Shown: piece after piece, positions 29,327 through 39,349 of the stretch
Layout: the number at the start of each line of letters is the position of its first letter
Position numbering within the stretch: position 1 is the stretch's first letter
DNA from: Candidatus Poribacteria bacterium
GTDB lineage: Bacteria; Poribacteria; WGA-4E; PCPOR2b
Assembly (NCBI GenBank): GCA_965218095.1
Contig: OZ244587.1
Coordinates: forward strand, 1,760,001-1,824,000
DNA length: 64,000 nt
Reading direction: 5' to 3'
The notes under the pieces: model-generated
What the model was told of the DNA's origin: nothing
Databases searched by the model: none
Seen by the model: the letters and a program-made list of their open reading frames with translations, nothing else
Program-made: the position numbers and the translations under genes

Positions 29327-29984
29327 TTACAATTTGTCCAATCCATCGAAAGCCGCAACCTTATATGCCTCAGTCATGGTCGGATAGTTGAAGACCGTAT
29401 TGACAAAGTAATCGATCTGGACCTCGTATGCCATGACAGCCTGGCCAATATGGATAATCTCGGCTGCACGTTCACCGATGGCGTGGATGCCCAGCAGTTT
29501 TAGCGACTCCCGGTGGAAAAGCAGTTTGAGCATACCGTTTGGATCGCCGAGGATCTGTCCCTTGGCGAGTTCTCCGTAGCGGGCAATGCGGAACTCATAG
29601 GGCGCCTTCACCTGGGTTAGGTTCTCCCCGGTTTCTCCCACCATGGAAATCTCTGGAATCGATGAAAACCTGGGTTACCGCCTCTCCCAGGCGGAGGATT
29701 ATATTTTGGTTGCGCATATGATAGATCAGCGTATCGATAATCTCTGATCGGCATGTTCAAGGATCCTATCGCGCTGATCTACCAGGGCTACTTCGACGCC
29801 TAGCGTCGCGAAGATCGAGCTATACTCACAGCCAATGACTCCAGCCCCGACGACCACCATCGTTCGCGGGATGGTAGGCAGACAGAGAACCTCATCGCTA
29901 TCGATAATCTGCTCCGGCGTGAAGGGAATATAGTCAGGCCGGGCCGGCTCGGTGCCTACCGCTATGATGAACTTTTTCCCAATT
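29327..29984 (-). pseudogene. sthA: Soluble pyridine nucleotide transhydrogenase remnant
   Basis: [38 protein letters not shown]; N-terminus lost, frameshift and internal deletion. Confidence 0.85.
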
Positions 29985-30049
29985 GTGAGCAAGGCTGATA
30001 ATTGCATAAATTTCGTAGCCACTTTGAATTTTCCGTCGTTAGATTGACG

Positions 30050-30284
30050 AAATTTCCGTATGGGACTCAGTTTGCAGCGTGCGCTCAGCGTTGTCGAGTG
30101 TATCTTTAATTCCGATGAATTGCCCAATTTTGCGTATAAAACGACACTCCAGCAGGAACTGAGCGCGAATGGGTGGAGTAAGGTCGAGCTCAAGGGGGCC
30201 TCTAAACTCAGTCACCGGGTTGAGTTCAAATTTCGTCTGAGGGACATCAATGCATTCGAGACTTCAATTGCTGACATAAAATGA
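30050..30284 (+). pseudogene. zorB: ZorB-like OmpA/MotB C-terminal fragment
   Basis: LSLQRALSVV...LSANGWS...SHRVEFKFRLRD, directly upstream of an EH-signature gene. Confidence 0.7.
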
Positions 30285-30299
30285 TGAAGGAGCTGAGAA

Positions 30300-31262
30300 A
30301 TGATTCAACCCCAGGAACTGCCGAAATACGCCCCATACTTTGGCAGCCCGAAAGCCTTGCGACGCCAAAATCAACAACTGACAACGCTGTTTTCAGCAGG
30401 CGCAATGTCGCCCGTTGATGCGGCGGAAGTTTTAGACCGTTTCTGGCAGATATACGATTCTGCCGTTGAGCCGATGAACAGCGAGTTAAAGCGGACCGAG
30501 ATTGGCAAGCTTACCTGGTGTTTTGCATTAGAGCAGAATGGCAGGCGAATTATCGATGATGTGAATGTAACTTTCTTCCTGCTCGCATTGATTCAACAAA
30601 GATACCATCATTCCTATCTGCACGGACTGAGGTATTCCTTTTTTCATGGGTATAAACCGGGAAGTACAGCCTTTAAAATATTCAGAGCTGCCCTGCGTCA
30701 AATGCTGGCAAAACTCGATTGGTCAAAGCTCCATAATCAGCAGTGGAGATTCCTTTCGGATATTTTGCCGACGAAGTCGCATCTTGTCCTTGCACGATGG
30801 GTAATCGTTGATGACATACCTTTCTTCTTCGACCAGATTGCCTTCGACCAGATTGCCGCGAATCAGGAATGGAAAACATTTTGGCTCGAATATCTGGATA
30901 GCGTCGGAAATGGAACGAATGAGCGAGCCAAGCGGTTGCCGGGTCAGGGACGTTATGCAGAATTGACCGACGGGAATGCCAGGCAAAACGCGCTTATCCT
31001 CAAGATTGAGGAACTCGTGATTGTCGAGTTCAGTGGTGGGCAAAACCTTCGTTATGTCTATGATGAACGATTCATCCCATTTGCACTGAACGCTCCATCC
31101 TATCAAATGTCGGAACTTTGCCACCCGGGCGCGCTCTTCAAACAACATCTGAAAAAAGGTTGGCAAGCAGAATTCGCCGTGATGCTTCACGATCACTTCG
31201 GCATTTACCGTCATCAATTGCGTCGTCACCAAGCCACGCAGCAGCACCATCAGCAAGTATGA
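30300..31262 (+). CDS. zorC: EH-signature domain protein (ZorC-like), probably degenerate
   Basis: FWLEYLD...ALILKIEELVIVEFSG...YVY...WQAEF; 15-nt tandem duplication at 30827-30856. Confidence 0.72.
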   Translation: MIQPQELPKYAPYFGSPKALRRQNQQLTTLFSAGAMSPVDAAEVLDRFWQIYDSAVEPMNSELKRTEIGKLTWCFALEQNGRRIIDDVNVTFFLLALIQQRYHHSYLHGLRYSFFHGYKPGSTAFKIFRAALRQMLAKLDWSKLHNQQWRFLSDILPTKSHLVLARWVIVDDIPFFFDQIAFDQIAANQEWKTFWLEYLDSVGNGTNERAKRLPGQGRYAELTDGNARQNALILKIEELVIVEFSGGQNLRYVYDERFIPFALNAPSYQMSELCHPGALFKQHLKKGWQAEFAVMLHDHFGIYRHQLRRHQATQQHHQQV

Positions 31263-31647
31263 CGTATCCGTCCCACCGAAGCCAATCTTGGGCACGCGAT
31301 TGTCACGTTATAACTGCTGCCCTCCCCCTGAAACAGTCGCATTTTTTCCTTGTTTGCGATTCATTCTGGCACAAAAGGTTAGTACCCCGAGTTGCTGCCT
31401 ATTCAATTCAATGACAGAAAAGCACCCTTTCGGAGTGCGAGAACTTTGTTTTCGCAGCAAAAACAGAGTTTTTGCAAATAGCAGTCTCATTGAAAAGTTT
31501 GGTTGAAAAGACCGAAACTGTCAGCAAGGTAGCAACTTCGGTTATTATACGCATTCAAAAGACGGTGTCAACTGAAACGTTCGATCGGGTGTGGAATTTG
31601 TCAGTATCACCTCGGCGCCTTCGGGATGACTTTTCCCATTGTCTCTT

Positions 31648-32391
31648 TTAACCGGGCTCGTCGCTAGTATGCCAACAGAATGTTGATAAAATGGCATTCA
31701 TGACGCTTTGGGTATCGCTCAGATTGTCAAAGAGGGCATCTGGTTGATACTTCTCCAGTTCTTCACGAGAATATCGACCGGTGGCCACAGCGATGACGTA
31801 AGCCCCGGCGTGACGAGCGCACTTGATGTCGCGGGGCGTGTCGCCAATAATCACGATGTCTTTGCCGCTGAACCTTTCACCCGTTTGCTCAAAAGCGCGA
31901 CGCACAGCGATATCCGGCAAGGCATTCCGGGAGCGTGCGTCATCGCCAAATGCACCCAACTGGAAAAAGGGATTCAACCGAAAAAAGTCCAACTTCGCAG
32001 CGGCGCCTCCCTTATTATTGCCGGTTAAGAGTCCGAGCAGGCACGCCTTGTAGTTCGCTACCGCTGAAATCAGTTCTTGCGCGCCATCCAACAGCTTAAC
32101 ATTCGCTCCCTTTTGGCAAGCCGCCGTCAGGATATCCGCAATACGGTCAAAAATTGAGGGCAGCAGTCGGTGGATGGCGTTTTCAGAGAGAACGCCATCC
32201 AGAATTTCATGCACGATCTGCGTGTCCGTTTTTCCCGACATCCGAACCTGACGAAATTCACCGGGCGAATTCTCCCCGAACACTTCCATTTGACGGCAGA
32301 CCTCTTCAATCGCCTGATAGGTGGCTTCCCGTCCAGTTTCGCCTGCGTTCAATATGGTTCCATCGATATCAAATAAAACGAGTTTTCTCAT
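31648..32391 (-). CDS. HAD-family hydrolase
   Basis: LFDIDGT, LLTGN, IGDTPRDI. Confidence 0.92.
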   Translation of the reverse strand: MRKLVLFDIDGTILNAGETGREATYQAIEEVCRQMEVFGENSPGEFRQVRMSGKTDTQIVHEILDGVLSENAIHRLLPSIFDRIADILTAACQKGANVKLLDGAQELISAVANYKACLLGLLTGNNKGGAAAKLDFFRLNPFFQLGAFGDDARSRNALPDIAVRRAFEQTGERFSGKDIVIIGDTPRDIKCARHAGAYVIAVATGRYSREELEKYQPDALFDNLSDTQSVMNAILSTFCWHTSDEPG

Positions 32392-32436
32392 CGTAGATTC
32401 TTTGTGTTTGTCCTTGCCCTACACCTATACGCATCT

Positions 32437-32580
32437 AAGCAAGTTTCAGGATTAAATTTGTCATTCTGAAATAGAGGCTTTGCGAAGAATCTCATCAACG
32501 ACCCACGGTCAGAGATTTTTTGGTCGCTTAGCTTCCCTCAAGATGACAGAAGATGATAGTTTGTTTTTGAAAATTACGTT
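32437..32580 (+). mobile_element. MITE-like element, shell A, with GTCATTCTGA-type REP cargo
   Basis: Ends aagcaagtttcaggattaaa ... tttttgaaaattacgtt match the ends of 7912-8028; the interior is a different palindrome. Confidence 0.7.
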
Positions 32581-32593
32581 AAGCAATGAACCA

Positions 32594-33442
32594 CTATACG
32601 TCCGCTTTATCGCCCCAGCGGTTGGGATTTACCCCTGGACCGAGTCGATCGCACATGTCGTCAGGACGATGGTCGAGCTCCCAGCTCCAACCTTTGGTGT
32701 TGAGTGGGGCAAGGAGGCGCCGTGCGATTTCGGGCGCTTTCGCCAAATCCGCTGAGTCCCACTCATCTACCGGCTGGATGGGCGACGCCCACGCCGGACG
32801 ATAGCTGTAAAGCAGGACCCGACGTAACCCGGTTGCTCCCTTGTGCGGATGGGCGCCGTGAAAAATACGAGGTCCAAAAAGCACCGCATCGCCCGCTCGC
32901 GCTAAGAGCGAGATCTCCTCCGGATGAGAGTCGTAGCGAATGTAAGGCCGAGCATCGGGGTGGAGACAAATATGGGAGCGGGGGATGATGCGGAAGGGAC
33001 CGTTGTCCTCCGTGAGGTCGTCAAGATAGTACGAGACCCGGACAATTACCGGTGCTGTCCAGAGGTAACCGCCGCGATTGGAGCCATAGGGATAACCGTC
33101 GGTGTGGATAACGACGCCAATAGCGCCCGGTTCGTAGTATCGGTAGCTACCGCTGAAGAAGATGATGTCGGGACCAATCACACGCTCAAGAAATTCAATA
33201 ATCGGCGGGTTAGCAATTAACTCACCCAGGGCGCCCCCCTGCCACTGGGGTTGACAAGTGGCGTTGCCCTGCCGGTCGTGGTAGCTGCTGTGCTCGGTGG
33301 GCAAGCGAGTGGTTTCCTCTCTCAGTTGCTCCAACTGCTCCGGCATGAGGGCATCGGGAAGCACCACATACCCCTCGACTTCAAGATGACGAATCTGTTC
33401 AGGCGTCGACAGCACCCGCCAGTCGGTTGTAACGATATTCAT
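32594..33442 (-). CDS. Phytanoyl-CoA dioxygenase (PhyH) family protein
   Basis: EGYVVLPDAL, IHTDG (HxD), IIPRSH, AGDAVLF...FHG. Confidence 0.9.
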   Translation of the reverse strand: MNIVTTDWRVLSTPEQIRHLEVEGYVVLPDALMPEQLEQLREETTRLPTEHSSYHDRQGNATCQPQWQGGALGELIANPPIIEFLERVIGPDIIFFSGSYRYYEPGAIGVVIHTDGYPYGSNRGGYLWTAPVIVRVSYYLDDLTEDNGPFRIIPRSHICLHPDARPYIRYDSHPEEISLLARAGDAVLFGPRIFHGAHPHKGATGLRRVLLYSYRPAWASPIQPVDEWDSADLAKAPEIARRLLAPLNTKGWSWELDHRPDDMCDRLGPGVNPNRWGDKADV

Positions 33443-33568
33443 AGTTTCCCCTTTCTAACATTGAGAACTTTCTGAGAAACCCCAGATCGTAGTGCATGAT
33501 GGCCTGTTCCTAAAGTCTTGTTCTCTTTATCGTTGGGCGGGATGTCCCTTGATTTGAGAACTTTTCAA

Positions 33569-34600
33569 TTACAGCGGCAGTGGAATCGCCCTTCCCGTTT
33601 CCATACTACGGGTCACGGCTTCGGTAAATTCCATATATTTCACACCGTCCTCGAAGTTGGTGTGCGTGATGACCTCCTCCCCACGGATGGCACTGACGAA
33701 TTCCTCTTCCACCCGCCAACCGCTTTCCTCTTCAGGGGGAATGGGAATTTCCGCAAGTTCCGTGTCATCGCGCTGTCCACCGTAGAGGTTGTTGTTGGCA
33801 AATCGCAATGTGCCTGCGCTGCCGAATAGGAACACTTCAGGTTCGCCGACCAAACCGGCGACATTGGAAATCTGATAGTGCGCCTGCGCACCACACGTCA
33901 TGTCCGCAATAATGTCGATGTGCTCTGGAATCCGCACAGGGCGCATGACGCCGTTGGCATCCTCGCGCATTTTGACATACGTCTTTCCCATTGCCATCAC
34001 TCGCGTCGCCTCACCGACCCAGCGCAATAACGCCTCGTACCAGATTCCCATACTCATGATGTTAAATCCACTCAAGTTGAAGTCCTCGCGCCAGTGCAGG
34101 GGAGAATCAGGGTCGAGGAATGTGCCGCCTGCACGCACCTCGATTGCCAGTATATCACCGAGATACCTTTCGGCCATGAGCCGCTTGATGGTGTTGTCCA
34201 CACGGAGGGAGAGTGGTGAGGGAACAATTTGGGTGACCAGATGGGTATTTTCACGAGCGGCGCTACGCATAGCGTGCGCCTCCTGTGCGTTCATCGCCAT
34301 CCGCGCCTCACACATCACATGCTTGTCCGCCGCCAAAGCCGCCAGTGTGACGCGGCAGTGCATATAGGGCCATGTTCCGATGACGATAGCATTGGTATCC
34401 GAGGCAGCAACCAACTCCTGCCAGTTCTCGTAGATTGTTGGGATACCGAACTGCTGCGCCACCCGTTCGGACGACTCGTAGCTGCGGTTGCAAACGCTGA
34501 CAATCTCAACGCCGTCAATCGCTTGCAGCCCCGGAATGTGGCGGGAGGTCGTGTTTGCACCTGCGCCGATAACGCCTACGCGAATTGTGTTATTGCTCAT
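33569..34600 (-). CDS. Gfo/Idh/MocA oxidoreductase
   Basis: VGVIGAG, IGTWPYMH, KHVMCEARMA. Confidence 0.92.
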   Translation of the reverse strand: MSNNTIRVGVIGAGANTTSRHIPGLQAIDGVEIVSVCNRSYESSERVAQQFGIPTIYENWQELVAASDTNAIVIGTWPYMHCRVTLAALAADKHVMCEARMAMNAQEAHAMRSAARENTHLVTQIVPSPLSLRVDNTIKRLMAERYLGDILAIEVRAGGTFLDPDSPLHWREDFNLSGFNIMSMGIWYEALLRWVGEATRVMAMGKTYVKMREDANGVMRPVRIPEHIDIIADMTCGAQAHYQISNVAGLVGEPEVFLFGSAGTLRFANNNLYGGQRDDTELAEIPIPPEEESGWRVEEEFVSAIRGEEVITHTNFEDGVKYMEFTEAVTRSMETGRAIPLPL

Positions 34601-34705
34601 AGTATACTCCTTGACAAGTTATTTGTTTCTGATGACAAATCCCATTTTACCTCAGATCGCCAGGTGAGTCAACGCCTTTTTTGCACGGATTTGAGAAAAA
34701 AGGGT

Positions 34706-34734
34706 TTGACAGATTTGCTGCTTTTTAGTATGAT
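34706..34734 (+). promoter_or_regulatory. Sigma70-type promoter
   Basis: TTGACA-17 nt-TATGAT. Confidence 0.65.
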
Positions 34735-34842
34735 GACTGATGGAAGATAGTTTGTCTATCATTACCTGGTTGACTGACAAAACTATGTCGATTCCTTTCA
34801 GAAATTAGTATCCGAGTGTCAGAAAAAAACCGAGGTTGAGTC

Positions 34843-35127
34843 ATGACCAGAAGACAAGAAATCATAAAGATTCTCAGAGCGGAGGCGCTTTCTTTACAAG
34901 ATTTGGCGGAAATGCTTCCGGCGCATCCCAAGGAGGTTCTCTCCGACATCCCCTACATCGAAAAATCGGTTCGACCAGCGGAAAAACTGATAATTACGCC
35001 TGCTCAATGTCGAAAATGTGGATTCACTTTCAAAGACAGGCGCAAAATTCAAACGCCCTCCAGATGTCCCAAGTGTAAGGGGACATGGATCAAAGAACCC
35101 CTGTTTCAGATTCAAAAGGCTAGATGA
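34843..35127 (+). CDS. HTH plus Zn-ribbon transcriptional regulator (COG3357-like)
   Basis: TRRQEIIKIL...PAQCRKCGFTF...PSRCPKCKGTWI. Confidence 0.85.
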   Translation: MTRRQEIIKILRAEALSLQDLAEMLPAHPKEVLSDIPYIEKSVRPAEKLIITPAQCRKCGFTFKDRRKIQTPSRCPKCKGTWIKEPLFQIQKAR

Positions 35128-35310
35128 ATACGAGTGTCTTGATTAGCATTGTAGAGCGTGCAGTGCTCGTCCGAGAATCGGACTTGCTCGTTCCCAACAC
35201 CTGTTTAACCTTCAAAGTCATGGAAACAAGCCCCGATAGATCGGGACAGGTTTGGGAGCATGTTCTACTTCATTCATAAAAATCGTTAGGTGGAAGGAGA
35301 CAACAAGCAG

Positions 35311-36096
35311 ATGACACAAAAGCCAACGATAATGATTCTTGGCAGTGGTCACTTGGCGGAACATGGGAGAGATGTAGTCAATTTTAAAATGGATGATGTA
35401 CGGACTCCCAAGCGGCAACGCGAGATTAAACAACTTGTCAAGCTGCTTAAGCGATTCGAGCCGACGAAGATGGCTGTTGAGGTAGAACCAGAGGATGATG
35501 CTGAACTCCACACAAAGTATCAAGGCTATCTGCAAGAGAGTTATCAACTGGAGCGCAGTGAGGTGGAGCAAATCGGGTTTCGATTGGCGAAAGAGATGGG
35601 GCACTCCAAAGTATACCCCGTCGACTGGAAGAAGCCGCCTCCCGTGGATCTGGTAAAGGTGGACTTTGTCGCGTTTGCAGAAGCAAATAATCAAAAACAC
35701 CTACTGGAAGGAGCTTTCGGTAAGTCTCACGTTCCTACCACCGATGGAGACACAATCTGGATCGAGCCTGAAGGGTACGAACCTCTGATCGAGGAGTATA
35801 GAAGGATTAACCAGGATGAAACAATACGCACAGGCCATCAGATATACCTCGTGATTGCCTGAATCGGTCTGCAAGACCAATACGTGGGCGCGGATTGGGT
35901 TCAGTATTGGTATGGGAGGAATCTCAAGATTTTCGTCAACCTGACTCGAATCACAGAATCCGACGATGAACGGATTTTGCTAATCATTGGATCTGGGCAT
36001 GTTCGGCTACTTCAACAGTTTGTGGAGGATTCTGGCTATTTCTTTTTGGAAAGTCCACTGAAGTACTTAGACGCAGGAGAGGTAGAAACCACCTAA
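35311..36096 (+). pseudogene. DUF5694-like protein with an in-frame TGA at 35860-35862; probable integron cassette gene
   Basis: ILGSGHL, KRQREI, RSEVEQIGFRLA, WYGRNLKIF, IIGSGH; frame continues through the stop (IA*IGLQDQYVGADW). Confidence 0.8.
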
Positions 36097-36204
36097 CCAG
36101 TTGTTGCAGGTGCGCTCTGTGGTTTTATTAATGGTGCGGTGGGTTTTGGTTTGTCGGATGTCTTTCGGCAAACTCCCGCCGCAACTGAACTTTGGTCGTT
36201 AGGC
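36091..36204 (+). other. Integron attC site
   Basis: R'' ACCTAAC overlaps the stop codon and is the exact complement of GTTAGGT at 35285 before the gene; L boxes ttgcag/ctgaa; R' GTTAGGC. Confidence 0.78.
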
Positions 36205-36217
36205 TGAGGAGTACGTC

Positions 36218-37381
36218 ATGCCCCGTATCATCAAAGGACCCTACCTCCAGTGGCCCACCCGTGATTCCATCATCATCATGTGGGAGACTTCCGACGAGGC
36301 TTCCTCTCGCGTCATCTATTACCAAACCGAGAGGGTGCATAGTGGGTTGAACGGCAAGTTCCGTACTATAGAATCATCGGAAAAGATCGTGGAGGACGCT
36401 AACCTCTGTTGTATACATGCCGTTACGCTTACAGGTCTCCGTCCGGACACAACCTATCACTACAAGGTGAATTCCACCAGTCGCCAGGGCGAGGCAGCCG
36501 AGAGCAAGGTATACCCGCTGAAGACGGCTGTCGAGGGGGATACACCATTCTCCTTTGCAGTGACGAGCGAAACCGGCGGCTACGGCGATGATGAGGTCAA
36601 TCGCCGGATATTCAGCCAGATTAGCCGCTACCGTCCAGATTTCCTGCTGATGGTGGGCGACGCCGTTGCGCACGGATCGCGGTACGAAGACTGGGATAAG
36701 TGGTTCTTTGCACCGGGCAAAGCCCTGTTGTGCAATACCCCGTTCTATCTCTGCCTCGGCAATCACGAAGAAAAATCCCCGTGGTTCTACCAGTTCGTCT
36801 CCTATCCAGAACCCAAAAACTATTACGCCTTTGACCACGGTAATGCACATTTCATCGCCCTGGACAGCACTGCTCTGGTAGACTACAAAGACGGAAAACC
36901 CGTCCCGACCGAAGCTCTCAAGCCCGGCGCTCCCCAGTATGAATTTCTCATTGATGACCTCAAAGCGACGCAGGCGATCTGGAAACTCGTATTTTTTCAC
37001 TATCCGCCCTATGTATCCGGGGACTATCAGGTGGAAGAGATGCGTGCCCTCTGCCCGATTCTGGAAGCCTACGGGGTCGATCTGGTGTTCAACTCCCACA
37101 CCATCGTCTATGAGCGCAGCCAGCCCCTCAGAGGTAATCAGTTGGATACGGCAGGGGGCGTCATCTACATCGTGGCTGGTGGGGCTGGCGCAAAACCGGA
37201 ATGGTTTCACCACAAGCGGGCCTGGCATACCGCTCAGTCTCTGGCTGTTCCTCACTTTGTTCAGGTCGTCATTGCCGGCAATACGCTGGAATTGCACGCC
37301 ATTGATGATACGGGGCGTCTCTTCGATACCCTCAAATTGACCAAATCATCCTCGAAGGGTTATACTCAACGCCGCTCTTAA
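36218..37381 (+). CDS. Purple-acid-phosphatase-like metallophosphoesterase with an FN3-like N-terminus
   Basis: GPYLQ, LTGLRPDTTYHY, VGD, LGNHE, FFHYPPY, YER. Confidence 0.88.
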   Translation: MPRIIKGPYLQWPTRDSIIIMWETSDEASSRVIYYQTERVHSGLNGKFRTIESSEKIVEDANLCCIHAVTLTGLRPDTTYHYKVNSTSRQGEAAESKVYPLKTAVEGDTPFSFAVTSETGGYGDDEVNRRIFSQISRYRPDFLLMVGDAVAHGSRYEDWDKWFFAPGKALLCNTPFYLCLGNHEEKSPWFYQFVSYPEPKNYYAFDHGNAHFIALDSTALVDYKDGKPVPTEALKPGAPQYEFLIDDLKATQAIWKLVFFHYPPYVSGDYQVEEMRALCPILEAYGVDLVFNSHTIVYERSQPLRGNQLDTAGGVIYIVAGGAGAKPEWFHHKRAWHTAQSLAVPHFVQVVIAGNTLELHAIDDTGRLFDTLKLTKSSSKGYTQRRS

Positions 37382-37485
37382 TTGCGTTTTTGGGACAGCG
37401 TCCCAGTAGAACGTGCTGCCAGCTCGTTCTACTGGGGCGATCCTTCCGTGCTTAAAAAACTCAATTTCTGGCGGCGCAAAGTATA
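37361..37485 (+). mobile_element. MITE-like element, shell B, with a GTAG-type hairpin cargo
   Basis: tatactcaacgccgc...ttctggcggcgcaaagtata; ends match 52212-52350 in inverted orientation. Confidence 0.75.
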
Positions 37486-37556
37486 GCATGCACGCAACCT
37501 TGCGAAGGTTTGGAACCTTCGCAAGGTTCAGCAGAGGTTTCAGAGGAGAGGAAATT

Positions 37557-38657
37557 ATGCAGATATTCACGACATATACTGAACTGCTTGACCGCGTCGA
37601 GCAGACCGGCTGTCCGACGCGCGTGCTGGGATATACGCCGGACGGGTCTCCCATCGTCTCCGTCAAAACTGCGGGAGGGAAAGAACCTGCCATACTCATT
37701 ACGGCGGGGAGCCACTCCACGGAACATGCCGGGGTCAGTGCTGCGGTTGCCCTCATTGAGCAACTTGATACCGAACACCGAGTCTATATCATACCCACCC
37801 GCGATCCCGTCGGACTCAACGGCTACGCCTGCGCTCTGAGTCTGGGCTTGGGAGAAGTACCAGCGTTTGACACCTTTGACGTGGTGGAAGCCATCCTGCG
37901 GGATGCGGGCGAGACTTTCTACGATGAGGACGATATGGTGCTGTCACTGATTGGGGATTACGGCTATGCCAGCAGCCGACCGTCGGCGCAACGACCCCAT
38001 CCGCAGTGGGCTTTCTACACTAAGCTCCAGGAAATGCATAAAACACAGCCCGACATACTGGAGCCATTCAAAGCCCGGCGAATCTATATGACGCCCGGTC
38101 AGCCGGGGGTCGAAGGCACGGGAAATTTCGGACGTGCCTATACGCTGATCATCGGCCTGGATGGAGAGATCCTGCACCTGAACCGCTTCCACGATACAGC
38201 GTGGGCCCCGATAGAAGTCCGTTGCGTCCGTCGGCTGATAGCAAAAATCAATCCCGGAATTACATTCGATCTGCACGAATCTCAACTCATGGAGGACCGC
38301 TATTGGCTTTCGGCGCGTCACCAACAAGATCAGGAAAATGAAGCCTGGGCACAGCGGGTTTCGCAGGCGGCCATCAAAGCCATTGCCGATTCTGGCGCGG
38401 TGCTGGCTTCCGACGACGATGTTTTTGGACATACACCTCCCGACAACAACTGGTTCACACAGTCTGAAAAAGGGGTGTACTGGCTGGATGCCAACGTCCG
38501 AGGAGAAGGCTTGAACCTTGCCGACTATGCGTCGCGCTTCTACGGTCTGGCTTTTGGGACGGAGATGGGCATGTACGGCAGCTTTGAAAAGCGGGTCTCG
38601 CTGGGCATGCTGACGGTGCAGACGGCGGTTAAGGTTTTTGAGGAGCGGTACAGGTAA
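37557..38657 (+). CDS. M14 Zn-carboxypeptidase / succinylglutamate desuccinylase-like protein
   Basis: GSHSTE (HxxE), LNR, DLHES, GTEMG. Confidence 0.8.
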   Translation: MQIFTTYTELLDRVEQTGCPTRVLGYTPDGSPIVSVKTAGGKEPAILITAGSHSTEHAGVSAAVALIEQLDTEHRVYIIPTRDPVGLNGYACALSLGLGEVPAFDTFDVVEAILRDAGETFYDEDDMVLSLIGDYGYASSRPSAQRPHPQWAFYTKLQEMHKTQPDILEPFKARRIYMTPGQPGVEGTGNFGRAYTLIIGLDGEILHLNRFHDTAWAPIEVRCVRRLIAKINPGITFDLHESQLMEDRYWLSARHQQDQENEAWAQRVSQAAIKAIADSGAVLASDDDVFGHTPPDNNWFTQSEKGVYWLDANVRGEGLNLADYASRFYGLAFGTEMGMYGSFEKRVSLGMLTVQTAVKVFEERYR

Positions 38658-38694
38658 TCTGAATTTTAGACCGAACCAGATAAAGGAAATAGAA

Positions 38695-39349
38695 GTGGCT
38701 AGACGTAAGCCATACACAAAGATTGTTAAAACGAATCAGATTCGTGCAGGTCACGTCAAAGGGATGGGAGATGTGGTCTTCAAAGGCTTCCAGTGTTTGA
38801 ATAGTGAGTGTCAGGAATTTATTTTCACCCGTAAAGATAAGATTGGCGATGATTTCGAGATAACCTGTCCGAGTTGTGAAACAGTTATCCGATCGGGTGA
38901 AGAGACTCAATTCTATGAGTATGAAATGGTAGATCGGAGGGACAATTCCGTTACAGAAGAAGGCGAGTTTACAATTCTGCACGATGACTATATCGCAGAA
39001 GCGCAAGAGTACAAGTACTGTATTATCTGCAATACGATCAAACCGTTTCATCTATTTGACCGCCACCGTGCTCGAAAGTCAGGCCGTCAGGGCGAGTGCA
39101 GACTGTGCAAGGCAGTTTACAACGCTATTAAGAATAAGACTCGGTTGACGGATCAACACCGCGAAGCAGCACAAAAGCGGCGGATGTATCTGGATTTGTC
39201 TGGAGGTACAAAGATTAACAGCGAGGTAGTCCACAAGCGTTCTGGATATCGTTGTTTCAAGTGCAAGAAGGACTTACGAAAAGCGGATGCAGAAGAACGT
39301 CCACTCGATCACACGCTTCCCGCTGTCTTTTTGTGGCCCCTGACAACTG
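38695..39349 (+). pseudogene. Multi-Zn-finger HNH endonuclease, truncated inside the HNH motif
   Basis: Several CxxC pairs and CFKC...LDHTLP...WPLT; the sequence then switches into an Ldh_2 gene. Confidence 0.7.
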
